Assembly: GCA_049976845.1 (NCBI GenBank)
Contig: JBMFHL010000021.1
Location: 722-11,733, forward strand
From: Candidatus Micrarchaeia archaeon
Lineage (GTDB): Archaea; Micrarchaeota; Micrarchaeia; Micrarchaeales; CABMGC01
DNA length: 11,012 nt
Direction of reading: 5' to 3'
In this document: one piece after another, positions 1-7,897 of the stretch
How positions within the stretch are numbered: the stretch's first letter is position 1
Layout of the letters: each line of letters begins with the position of its first letter
The notes under the pieces: model-generated
Databases searched by the model: none
What the model saw: only the letters and a program-made list of their open reading frames with translations
Told to the model about the DNA's origin: nothing
Translations under genes and position numbers: made by a program

Positions 1-936
1 GCCATTCCTTTCTTCTTCTTCAATATGTAATTCTTCCTCCTTTGCCTTTTTGACCTGCTCCTCGAGATCTGCAGCTTTTCTGCTTATCTCATCTAGTGAG
101 CCCAATTCTTCGGCTTCTATCTTATCCGCTTCCCTCTTAAGAACAGCAAGCTTGCTCTCAAGGCCTTTTATCTCTTTGTCAAGAGACGCTTTCTTCGCAT
201 TCATCTCGTTAAGCTCCTTCATCTTGCTGCTCTTTTCCAATAAAACCGCCCTGTCCTTCTCATGCTTTTCCTTAAGCGAAAGTGTTTCATTGCCAAGCTT
301 CTCCAATTCAACCTTTGCCTCTCTAATCTGCTGCTCAAGCTTTTCTATGTCGAAGCTGCTTATGACGCTTTGCTGCTCCTGAACAATACCTTTTATCCTG
401 TTTGCCAAGCTGCCTGCGTTGTCTTCGGCTAACGCAAATTTGTCAAGCCCAAGCAGCTTATCTATCTGATCCTTCCTCTCTCCACTCCTAAGTTCAAGGA
501 AGTAGTCGAGTCCATTCTGCTCGGAATAAACTGCTTTGGAGAAAAGGTCATAATCAACTTTAAGTACATCGGAAACAAACTCGCTCACGCGCTGCGGCTG
601 CGACTGTATAATTGAGCCGTTCTTGAAAAGGGTTGCTTCTGCAGAGCCGCTAATGCCTATTTTCCTGTCTACAATGTAGTTGTCTGTGCCAATGCTGAAG
701 CTAAGCCTAACCTCAGCCTCTTGCTCCTGCGCAGGTATATTCTTTACTATATCTGCAATGCTTATGCGCCTGTGCTGCAGCAGCGGAAACATGCCAAAGA
801 GTGCATAGGATATTGCATCCATCACAGAACTCTTGCCTGAGCCCATCTGACCTACAAGCACGTTAGTGCCCTTGGTGAACACTAATCTAGTGTTGGCATG
901 CGTTTTCCAGTTTCTCAGCTCTATAAAATCTATCAT
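1..936 (-). CDS. rad50: Rad50/SbcC-family SMC ATPase, N-terminal part (runs off the window start)
   Basis: Manual translation from ATG at 936: MIDFIELRNWKTHANTRLVFTKGTNVLVGQMGSGKSSVMDAISYALFG (Walker A GQMGSGKSS), Q-loop-like YSEQNG, 'RKDQIDKLLGLD', then an E/K-rich coiled coil open to position 1. Another SMC-like paralog cannot be excluded without the C-terminal half. Confidence 0.85.
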   Translation of the reverse strand, partial: MIDFIELRNWKTHANTRLVFTKGTNVLVGQMGSGKSSVMDAISYALFGMFPLLQHRRISIADIVKNIPAQEQEAEVRLSFSIGTDNYIVDRKIGISGSAEATLFKNGSIIQSQPQRVSEFVSDVLKVDYDLFSKAVYSEQNGLDYFLELRSGERKDQIDKLLGLDKFALAEDNAGSLANRIKGIVQEQQSVISSFDIEKLEQQIREAKVELEKLGNETLSLKEKHEKDRAVLLEKSSKMKELNEMNAKKASLDKEIKGLESKLAVLKREADKIEAEELGSLDEISRKAADLEEQVKKAKEEELHIEEEERNG

Positions 937-1084
937 TTAAACAAAGCAATTCTGCTTTCAAAATTTAAAACACTTTGCAATTTATTAAATGAAAGACCCC
1001 TCTCACATCTATTTTTAAATTCTCTTCTACATATATATAGGAAGGGTTGCAGTGTAAAGCATATCCTTAATTATTGGTGATTCT

Positions 1085-1483
1085 ATGAGTCAATTTGGAT
1101 CGCAGTACCACGGGGCTTCAGACAGGAAGCTTTCCGGAAACGGCAAGCTGAGGCTGAAGAATAAGGACAAGAAGAAGCATGAAGTTGGCGGTTATTTTAT
1201 AGCTACGAGGCTAGGAAACGAAAATGTCGTCAAGAAAGTCAGGACGCGCGGAGGAGGCGAAAGGGCGAAGTTAAAGCGTACGGCATTTGCAAACATATTG
1301 GTAAACGGAAGCTACAAGAAAGTAAAGATAAAAGGTGTGGTAGAGTCAAAAGACAACAGGAACTTTGCCAGGCTTAACATAATAACGAAAGGCACTGTAA
1401 TCGACACAGAGCTGGGCAAGGCCATAGTGATAAACAGGCCTGGAAGAGAAGGATGCGTAAATGCCAAACTTATGAGTGGTTGA
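1085..1483 (+). CDS. rps8e: 30S ribosomal protein S8e
   Basis: Basic 132-aa protein with S8e motifs KVRTRGG, NRNFARLNIITKGTVIDTELGKA and RPGREGCVNA; GGTG ribosome-binding motif at 1076-1079, 5 nt before the ATG. Confidence 0.96.
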   Translation: MSQFGSQYHGASDRKLSGNGKLRLKNKDKKKHEVGGYFIATRLGNENVVKKVRTRGGGERAKLKRTAFANILVNGSYKKVKIKGVVESKDNRNFARLNIITKGTVIDTELGKAIVINRPGREGCVNAKLMSG

Positions 1484-1861
1484 ATGTCCTCCAGAGTTTA
1501 CGAATGTAACATAAGCAAAGAGCAGGAGCTAAAGAAGCTTTTGGAATATGATCCTTATCTCGATTCCAAGCTTACGGAAGACGATTTGAAGAAGCTTAGG
1601 GAAGATGAATCTGCAAACGTAATATTTGCAAGACAGGATTATGTACTAAAAGAAGGCGCTGCCCTAGATTTAGACAGGGAAAAATGCTATCTATTCCTTA
1701 AGGCAACGGACGAATTTTTAGACAAGGCAGAGAAGAAGCTCAAGGCAAGCATAGAGGGCATAAAAAGGGTAGATCCAGAAATGGAATCAAAGATTATAAC
1801 CTCAATAGAGAATGAAAGGTCAAAGGCAGAGCAAGGCTTCGGCTTTATATTTGGTGGTTAA
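1484..1861 (+). CDS. Uncharacterised archaeal protein with C-terminal GFGFIFGG tail
   Basis: 125-aa charged ORF abutting rps8e (TGA-ATG) and the downstream OTCase gene (TAA-ATG); typical coding composition. Confidence 0.85.
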   Translation: MSSRVYECNISKEQELKKLLEYDPYLDSKLTEDDLKKLREDESANVIFARQDYVLKEGAALDLDREKCYLFLKATDEFLDKAEKKLKASIEGIKRVDPEMESKIITSIENERSKAEQGFGFIFGG

Positions 1862-2761
1862 ATGAATTTTCTAAGCGTTGATGATCTCTCAAAGGATCAG
1901 ATTAATGAGATCTTCAGCATAGCTGACGACATAAAATCAGAAAAGGTGGAGGTGTCGCTTAAGGAAAATGCAGTTGCCACACTAATTTTCGAGAAACCGT
2001 CAACAAGGACCAGAGTCTCATTTGAGGTAGCAATGATGCAGCTAGGCGGTCATTCTATATACATAGATTCAAGGAGTTCCCAGATGTCAAGGGGAGAGAG
2101 TATTGCAGATACCGCCAGGGTATTAAGCGGCTATAGCGATTTCATAATAGCAAGGCTCTACAAGCACGAGGATTTGATAGAGTTAGCAAACAACTCTTCG
2201 GTTCCTGTAATAAATGCGCTTACAGACCTGGAGCATCCTTGCCAGGCACTGAGCGACATCTATACAATACAAGAAGCAAAAAAGAAGGTGCGCGGATTGA
2301 GGTTCGCGTTCATAGGCGATATTGCAGCCAATACAGCTAATTCATTGATGCTTGCAGGTGCAAAGTTAGGGATGAGCATCTCTCTAGTTGGACCTGCAAA
2401 TTATCTGCCAAATAGCCTTTACTTCTCCAAGGCCAGGGAATACAGCTCGGTTGACGTATATAGTAGCGTGAAAGAGGGCCTTGCCGATGCGGATATAATA
2501 TATACAGACACGTTCATAAGTATGGGCCAGGAGCAGGAGACAGAATACAGAAAGAAACTGTTTGCCCCATATCAGCTGAATTCTACTGCCCTAAGCTACG
2601 CTAAGAAAAATGCAATAGTAATGCACTGCCTTCCGGCGCATAGGGGGGAAGAGATAACAAGCGATGTATTAGATGGCAAGCAGAGTGTTGTATGGCAGCA
2701 AGCCAAAAATAAACTGCTCATAGAAAAAGCAATACTGCTCTATTTATCTGAAAAGGGTTAG
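1862..2761 (+). CDS. argF: Ornithine carbamoyltransferase (ArgF/ArcB)
   Basis: Carbamoyl-phosphate motif FEKPSTRTRVSFE, HPCQ, ornithine-binding DTFISMG and HCLP (ATCase would have HPLP); GGTG at 1853-1856, 5 nt before the ATG. Confidence 0.95.
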   Translation: MNFLSVDDLSKDQINEIFSIADDIKSEKVEVSLKENAVATLIFEKPSTRTRVSFEVAMMQLGGHSIYIDSRSSQMSRGESIADTARVLSGYSDFIIARLYKHEDLIELANNSSVPVINALTDLEHPCQALSDIYTIQEAKKKVRGLRFAFIGDIAANTANSLMLAGAKLGMSISLVGPANYLPNSLYFSKAREYSSVDVYSSVKEGLADADIIYTDTFISMGQEQETEYRKKLFAPYQLNSTALSYAKKNAIVMHCLPAHRGEEITSDVLDGKQSVVWQQAKNKLLIEKAILLYLSEKG

Positions 2762-3471
2762 CCCCACACATCTGCCTTTACCTTTGCACTTTCAATTCCC
2801 AAATTGCTGAGCACAGCTTTCATTGCATTTGTAAAGTTCAAAGGCCCACATACGTAGCAATCCCTCTCTGTCAAATCCGCAACATGCCTTTTTACCATCT
2901 CCTCATTTATGTGGCCTGTTTCTCCAGTCCAATTGTCACCTTGCTGCGGTCTTGTCACAGTCACGACAAGCTTAAGTCCAATGCTTCTGGCAAAATCCTC
3001 AAGCTCGCTTTTTCTTATTATCTCAGTTGGGTACCTTACGCTGTAGATAAGCACGGCATCTATATCAAATCCCTTTTCCTTTATATGCCTGAGCATAGAC
3101 ATGAAAGGTGCTATTCCAGTGCCTCCTGCTATAAATAGCACTTTCCTGTTCTTTTTCGGATCAAATCTAAACTGGCCATATGGGCCAGACACATAATAAA
3201 TATCCCCTACTTTGGCAGTGTCAAGCTTCGAAGTAAACCTACCATGAACCATGCTTATGTAAAGCTCTAAGGTGTCGCTTCCAGGTCTTGATGCCAATGA
3301 GTAAGCCCTGCCTATTTCTTGTGAAGTTGAAGGGTCCTTATAATAAAGCATTATGAACATGCCAGGGTCAAAATCCAGTGTGGCATTATCTTGGCTCTTT
3401 AGCCTAAATATATTAACATCTGGAGTCTCCTTTATTATCTCAGTTATTGTATAAGGTTCTTTTGATATAAT
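2758..3471 (-). CDS. Ferredoxin-NADP reductase-like FAD/NAD(P)-binding oxidoreductase
   Basis: RAYSLAS (FAD binding), GRFTS, GPYG, AGGTGIAPFMSM and YVCGP motifs. The frame extends 37 codons upstream of the track's ATG (3360) through FNR-like IISKEPYTITEIIKETPDVNIFRL...DFDPGMF. Start placed at ATT 3471 (uncertain, see findings). Stop overlaps the OTCase stop at 2758-2761. Confidence 0.9.
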   Translation of the reverse strand: MISKEPYTITEIIKETPDVNIFRLKSQDNATLDFDPGMFIMLYYKDPSTSQEIGRAYSLASRPGSDTLELYISMVHGRFTSKLDTAKVGDIYYVSGPYGQFRFDPKKNRKVLFIAGGTGIAPFMSMLRHIKEKGFDIDAVLIYSVRYPTEIIRKSELEDFARSIGLKLVVTVTRPQQGDNWTGETGHINEEMVKRHVADLTERDCYVCGPLNFTNAMKAVLSNLGIESAKVKADVWG

Positions 3472-3606
3472 ACAAACACCCGCTTCGCATTGTGCGACAT
3501 ATCACGGCATTTGAAACTTTTGCATATTGTCTTATGTTGTTCAAAGCCTAAAAAACATCGGCAGATTAAAATGATGAAGAAATACAAAGCCAAATTGCTC
3601 TAGAAC

Positions 3607-3942
3607 TTATTTCACGCTTGTGAGAGCTTCAACTACCTTTTCAAACTTGTCTATAGAGCGTATTATCTCCTTAAGCCTCGGATTTATATTATAACCTAAG
3701 CCATAGCCTCTCTCAGTCCTTATGTGCGTCGGCTGGAGTACATTTATATTCATAGAAAGGTCCCTAAGCGTTATAATAAGCGTCTTCCTGGTAAATTTCT
3801 TTCCCAAGATAGCATAAAGCTCGCGCGTAGTCCTGGGGGACTTCTCCATAAGCAGCTTTAATACAGCATAATTTGGCCTGCTTAGCAACTTCCTGACAAG
3901 CCATATCTCATCATTTTCTCTTTCCTTAGGCATAAGCATCAC
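3607..3942 (-). CDS. Winged helix-turn-helix transcriptional regulator (HxlR/ArsR-like)
   Basis: 111 aa, basic; pattern VLKLLMEKSPRTTRELYAIL...TRKTLIITLRDL followed by a beta-wing (HIRTERGYGLGYNI); divergent from the pilus operon. Start may be GTG 3942 or ATG 3939. Confidence 0.7.
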   Translation of the reverse strand: MMLMPKERENDEIWLVRKLLSRPNYAVLKLLMEKSPRTTRELYAILGKKFTRKTLIITLRDLSMNINVLQPTHIRTERGYGLGYNINPRLKEIIRSIDKFEKVVEALTSVK

Positions 3943-4097
3943 ACATTATAAATCCATCATTAAACTTTATAAACCTATATATTTATGCAGTATGATTCCA
4001 AAATCTTACACTCCTATTTAACAGTAATATATTTAAACCTTAATATACTATAATATAAACAATTATACTTTAATAAATAAAAGGATAATATAGTATA
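3943..4097. promoter_or_regulatory. AT-rich divergent promoter region with archaeal TATA-like boxes
   Basis: TTTATAAA at 3966-3973, about 24 nt upstream of the regulator start (minus), and TTTAATAA at 4069-4076, about 21 nt upstream of the ATPase ATG (plus); spacing is consistent with leaderless transcripts. Confidence 0.5.
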
Positions 4098-5618
4098 ATG
4101 GGTTATTGGATGTTCTTCTACAGGAAAAAGCAGCGGAACGAGCAAGATACAGTGCCATTGGATTTTGTTATAGAAAATTTAAACGAAGGCGAGGTAGTGG
4201 AAACATCAAATTTGCCTATTGCTAGATCTATATCAAAAATAAATAACGCTTATTTTTACAATGTGGGCACTGGCGCAAGGCCCATAAGCAAGGAAGAAAA
4301 AGAGCTAATAGGATGCGCCAAAGCGCATGTGATAAATACCCTCTCTTCAGAGTTTTCTGTTTCATATACAGAATCTATTTTTGATAAAACCGCATTTGAA
4401 AAAGCGAGGGTATTAGCAGAAGCATACCTTGCAGGCAAAATCGATAAAGAAAGGGCGTTCTATATCTCTCACATTATAGCTGATGACACTGTGGGATATG
4501 GTCCCATAAGCTTGCTTCTAGATGATAAAGAGGATATAGAAGAAATAGAAGTCAATGCTCCAACTTCTCAAATATACATATACCACGTAAAATATGGGAG
4601 ATGCCCAACGAATCTGCATTTCTCTACTGAGCAGGGCTTTAGACATAGCATAAACAAGCTTGTATACGCTTCTGAAAAGGAGCTAAATGAAGACAGCCCA
4701 ATCATAGATGCACAGGTAGAAAATGCAAGGGTGCATGCGCAACTTAAGCCCTATGCCCAGTCTGGTTCTTGTGCAACTATAAGGCTCGGGGGAAGGAAGG
4801 AGATGGGTATGGGCTCACTTGTTAAAAATGGCACACTCTCAACAGAGGCTCTCGCCTACATATGGCTTGCAATTGACTCTAAGCTCAATATAGTAATTTC
4901 CGGTGCGCCAGCAAGCGGCAAGACAACATTGCTGCTTACATTAATGTCGTTTATACCAAAATACGAGAAAATAGTGACAATAGAAGAAGATGTAAATGAG
5001 TTGAAGCCATCAAGAGATTATAATATAATAGAATTGTACGGATCAAAAAGCGCGGCGTTCACTCCAAGAGACCAGGTTATTAATGCCCTTAGGATGAGAC
5101 CTGACAGAGTGATAGTAGGTGAGATAAGGGATGCAGAGGCAAGGGAAATGTTCTCTGCATCAAACTTGGGTATGCCATTTATCACCACGATGCACAGCAA
5201 TGAAGGTGGCAGTGCCATAATAAAAAAACTCATAATAAAGCCAATGGAAGTAGAACCAAACTCATTAAGCGCGCTCGACATTGCGCTATGCATGAGCAAC
5301 AATGGTTTAGGAAAAAGGTTATTGTCAAGCTCATTTGAATACCGCTGGCTTAGCAGGGCCGAGATAGAAAATGAAGAAGGCATACAAATAGGCGAATTCG
5401 ACAAGGTGGGCATAAAGGAGGTAATAAAAATGGGATTTGTGGATCCAAAAATTCTGAAAGGGTCGAAGGTGATTGCAAAATACAGTGAACTAAGCAAAAT
5501 ATCACAGCAGAAGGCGATTGCCGAATTCAGCAAGCGCAATCTTTTTCTAAAAAAACTCATGGCAGAAGGGGCTTCAGATAAAGAGAACATAGAGAAGGTG
5601 AACGAGTACGGCATTTGA
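4098..5618 (+). CDS. Type IV pilus / type II-IV secretion assembly ATPase (TadA/CpaF/VirB11/ArlI family)
   Basis: GYGPISLLLDDKEDIEEIEVN, SPIIDAQ, Walker A GAPASGKTT, Asp box TIEEDVNEL, ALRMRPDRVIVGEIR (Walker B), His box TTMHS. Confidence 0.95.
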   Translation: MGYWMFFYRKKQRNEQDTVPLDFVIENLNEGEVVETSNLPIARSISKINNAYFYNVGTGARPISKEEKELIGCAKAHVINTLSSEFSVSYTESIFDKTAFEKARVLAEAYLAGKIDKERAFYISHIIADDTVGYGPISLLLDDKEDIEEIEVNAPTSQIYIYHVKYGRCPTNLHFSTEQGFRHSINKLVYASEKELNEDSPIIDAQVENARVHAQLKPYAQSGSCATIRLGGRKEMGMGSLVKNGTLSTEALAYIWLAIDSKLNIVISGAPASGKTTLLLTLMSFIPKYEKIVTIEEDVNELKPSRDYNIIELYGSKSAAFTPRDQVINALRMRPDRVIVGEIRDAEAREMFSASNLGMPFITTMHSNEGGSAIIKKLIIKPMEVEPNSLSALDIALCMSNNGLGKRLLSSSFEYRWLSRAEIENEEGIQIGEFDKVGIKEVIKMGFVDPKILKGSKVIAKYSELSKISQQKAIAEFSKRNLFLKKLMAEGASDKENIEKVNEYGI

Positions 5619-5619
5619 A

Positions 5620-6318
5620 TTGCAAGAAGAAAAATCTGTAAAGTCACTCAAAGTTCTCCTTCTTCTGATTCCTATAATATTAATCCCACTTTTAGGACTA
5701 GGGAACCTATTATGTCTTATGCTTGTGTCTTTAGCAATTCTACTTGCAATACTAATAGGTGTTCTATATTCTTGGGTGCGTACTGCCTATGAAAGAAAGG
5801 AAGCAGTTGAAGGATTTGTAAATTCAATGTATATGATGCTCTTCTATAAATCCAGCAAGAAGCCACTTGCTGCAATAATGCACTCTGTTTCATTGCACGT
5901 CAAGCCTTATGAACTAAGTAGGGCATTGGAAGAGGCGGCATCAAGAGTAAGATTAGGAGAACCCCTCTTTTCAGCTTTGTCAAAAAGTTTGCGTGCACAC
6001 TGGATAAATGCAGATATAATGGAAAATGCAAGCAACAGCTGGCACTTGCAGATATCAAATTTTATAGAGTCCTATAAAAACAAGCAGAATGCCAGCGTTT
6101 CAGGACTTGAAGCTTCAATACAGAGAAATTCAACAATAAATATGTTTATCTCTTCAGTTGCTCCCTCTTTCATAATATTCATGTTTATAGGCAATTTGGT
6201 AATCTCTGGAAATTACAACATTCCGGCAATTGCAATTATACTCCTATTCATGCTACCGCTTGCATATGCAATTGGCAATGCTGTATTTATGAGGCGTTTG
6301 CTTGAAGTACCTATATAA
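5620..6318 (+). CDS. TadB/TadC-like (T2SS-F fold) pilus platform membrane protein 1
   Basis: Directly follows the ATPase; N-terminal TM segments, cytoplasmic 'ELSRALEEAASRVRLGEPLFSAL' typical of T2SSF domains, two C-terminal TM segments; TTG start. Confidence 0.75.
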   Translation: MQEEKSVKSLKVLLLLIPIILIPLLGLGNLLCLMLVSLAILLAILIGVLYSWVRTAYERKEAVEGFVNSMYMMLFYKSSKKPLAAIMHSVSLHVKPYELSRALEEAASRVRLGEPLFSALSKSLRAHWINADIMENASNSWHLQISNFIESYKNKQNASVSGLEASIQRNSTINMFISSVAPSFIIFMFIGNLVISGNYNIPAIAIILLFMLPLAYAIGNAVFMRRLLEVPI

Positions 6319-7051
6319 ATTCGCAGAGACACTGTCTTTCACGCTTGCAATTTTAGCAATAGCAGCAAACCAAACAGTTGTTGCGGCATTCCTAACTGTT
6401 TTTGGAGCAGGGCTTGCATATGCAGCGTTTTTTAAAGCAAAGAAAACAGAAGACCCTCTGGATCTAATAAACGAATTCGAATACCAATATTCAAGCGAAA
6501 AATCGGCGTTAAGATCTCTTCGCATATCAAGTGCAAGCAGCACCGATGCTATAGTGCGCTCTTCAATAGCAAAATACTGGCTTGGCGGAAGAAAACCAGG
6601 CATAAATCATAAAAACAAAAATATCCGCAATCTGCTAGAAATTGCCTTCTTCGGCGCATCGACTGGCGCAAATATTTCAAAGAGCATTGAGCTGCTCAAA
6701 GAGGGAATAAGAATGGATAAGCAGAAGGAAGAAAGGGTCGATGCGAAGGCAAAAGGGATGAATGTACTCTCAAAAATTGGTGTTACAATCTTCTTCCCAT
6801 TATTCAGTGGCATAAGCATTAGCATAATAAAGAGCAGCATGGCCCTTTCGGGCAATCTGCCAGGCCAAAGCATAAGCAGCACATTTTATCTGATAGCACT
6901 TTCTTACACAGCGATAATGCTATTCATAGGCAAGCTATTCTCCAATCCGCAGAGCGACATAGCAGAGGCGCTTTATAGCATAATACCCTTTATAGCAATT
7001 TCCGACTGGATACTAAAAATATCATCAACATCACTCTCTTCTATTCTGTAG
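6302..7051 (+). CDS. TadC-like pilus platform membrane protein 2 (divergent)
   Basis: Same topology as the preceding gene; 'GASTGANISKSIELLKEGIR' and 'TIFFPLFSGI' resemble T2SSF-domain motifs; overlaps the previous gene by 17 nt; TTG start preceded by GAGGCG. Confidence 0.7.
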   Translation: MKYLYKFAETLSFTLAILAIAANQTVVAAFLTVFGAGLAYAAFFKAKKTEDPLDLINEFEYQYSSEKSALRSLRISSASSTDAIVRSSIAKYWLGGRKPGINHKNKNIRNLLEIAFFGASTGANISKSIELLKEGIRMDKQKEERVDAKAKGMNVLSKIGVTIFFPLFSGISISIIKSSMALSGNLPGQSISSTFYLIALSYTAIMLFIGKLFSNPQSDIAEALYSIIPFIAISDWILKISSTSLSSIL

Positions 7052-7059
7052 GTGAAAAA

Positions 7060-7293
7060 ATGAAAATAGAAATAAAAGCAATGCTCTCAATCGCTAAGAG
7101 CACGAAAGCGCAAGGGTCTCTAGAGTATATAATGATGCTTGCAGCTGCAAGCATAGTAATAGTGATAGCACTGGCGATGATAGTGAAGATGAAGGAAGCA
7201 GTGGTCACTAACATAGCGGTCAACGGCAGCAACATGAGCGTCTCAGGTGCAATAGCCCACGAGCTGTCTGCAATGACTGCAAATAGCGCTTAA
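7060..7293 (+). CDS. Short type IV pilin with class III signal peptide (candidate major pilin)
   Basis: KA/QGSLEYIMMLAAASIVIVIALAMIV: basic -2, Ala -1, Gln +1, Glu +5, then a hydrophobic helix; GGTGA ribosome-binding site at 7051-7055. Confidence 0.88.
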   Translation: MKIEIKAMLSIAKSTKAQGSLEYIMMLAAASIVIVIALAMIVKMKEAVVTNIAVNGSNMSVSGAIAHELSAMTANSA

Positions 7294-7307
7294 ACAGCAG
7301 TGCTAGC

Positions 7308-7682
7308 ATGAGAATGCAAATGTCCCTAGAGTTGCTTGTGTATATAGCGCTTTCAGGAGCTTCTTTGCTTTTTATTTCAGGGGTGCTTGTGGGCAAGCTC
7401 CCAAGCATATACAAGGCTGTAAGTACATACAGCGCTGAAGCACTTGTAAATAGGATAAATAGCATTGCTATGCTTGATTCATTTAATGCAAATCTCTCCA
7501 CATTCGTGCCAGGCGGCATGTGCAACTCAACAGTAAAAAATGGCGAGCTTGAGACTCCATACGGCGCATTTTACATAAATCCAAACGTTGAGATAGATAA
7601 GGCATTTTGTCCAGACAATGCGGAAGTGAAACTTACAATTTCGCATATAGGGGAAAAAATAATTGTGGGTAGATTGGATTGA
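7308..7682 (+). CDS. Minor pilin-like protein
   Basis: N-terminus MRM/QMSLELLVYIALSGASLLFI (Q+1, S+3, E+5, hydrophobic helix); two Cys; N-X-S/T sequons. Confidence 0.75.
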   Translation: MRMQMSLELLVYIALSGASLLFISGVLVGKLPSIYKAVSTYSAEALVNRINSIAMLDSFNANLSTFVPGGMCNSTVKNGELETPYGAFYINPNVEIDKAFCPDNAEVKLTISHIGEKIIVGRLD

Positions 7683-7897
7683 AGGTACAGATAAGCCTTG
7701 AAATAATGCTTAGTATGAGCATTGCAATGCTACTCTCATATGCAATGCTTGCCTATATGCTGTTTGGATATAACTTATCAGAAAGTGCAGTTAGCTCGTT
7801 AAGAAACACTTCATGCACCTCAAGCAATTACCTAAATGCATTGTCCTCAAGCTGCGCATATTGTGTGTTTAAAAATGTGGTTGAATGCAAAAGCTGA
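7679..7897 (+). CDS. Small pilin-like protein
   Basis: MKV/QISLEIMLSMSIAMLLSYAML (Q+1, S+3, E+5); four Cys; TTGA start/stop overlap with the previous gene. Confidence 0.7.
   Translation: MKVQISLEIMLSMSIAMLLSYAMLAYMLFGYNLSESAVSSLRNTSCTSSNYLNALSSSCAYCVFKNVVECKS

Noticed and set aside
50..382. 110-aa plus-strand ORF rich in S/L/F
   Set aside because: Antisense shadow of the E/K-rich Rad50 coiled coil.
898..1080. 60-aa plus-strand ORF
   Set aside because: Spans the AT-rich divergent promoter and overlaps the rad50 start; no recognisable features.
2884..3138. 84-aa plus-strand ORF
   Set aside because: Antisense to the well-supported oxidoreductase.
3571..3610. ATGATGA box C motif suggesting a C/D box sRNA
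   Set aside because: No CTGA box D or D' at a suitable distance downstream.
4098..7293. Archaellum (arl/fla) operon or conjugative VirB11 system
   Set aside because: No archaellin, ArlH, ArlF/G, VirB4 or relaxase genes; two short platform genes plus Q+1 pilins fit a pilus.
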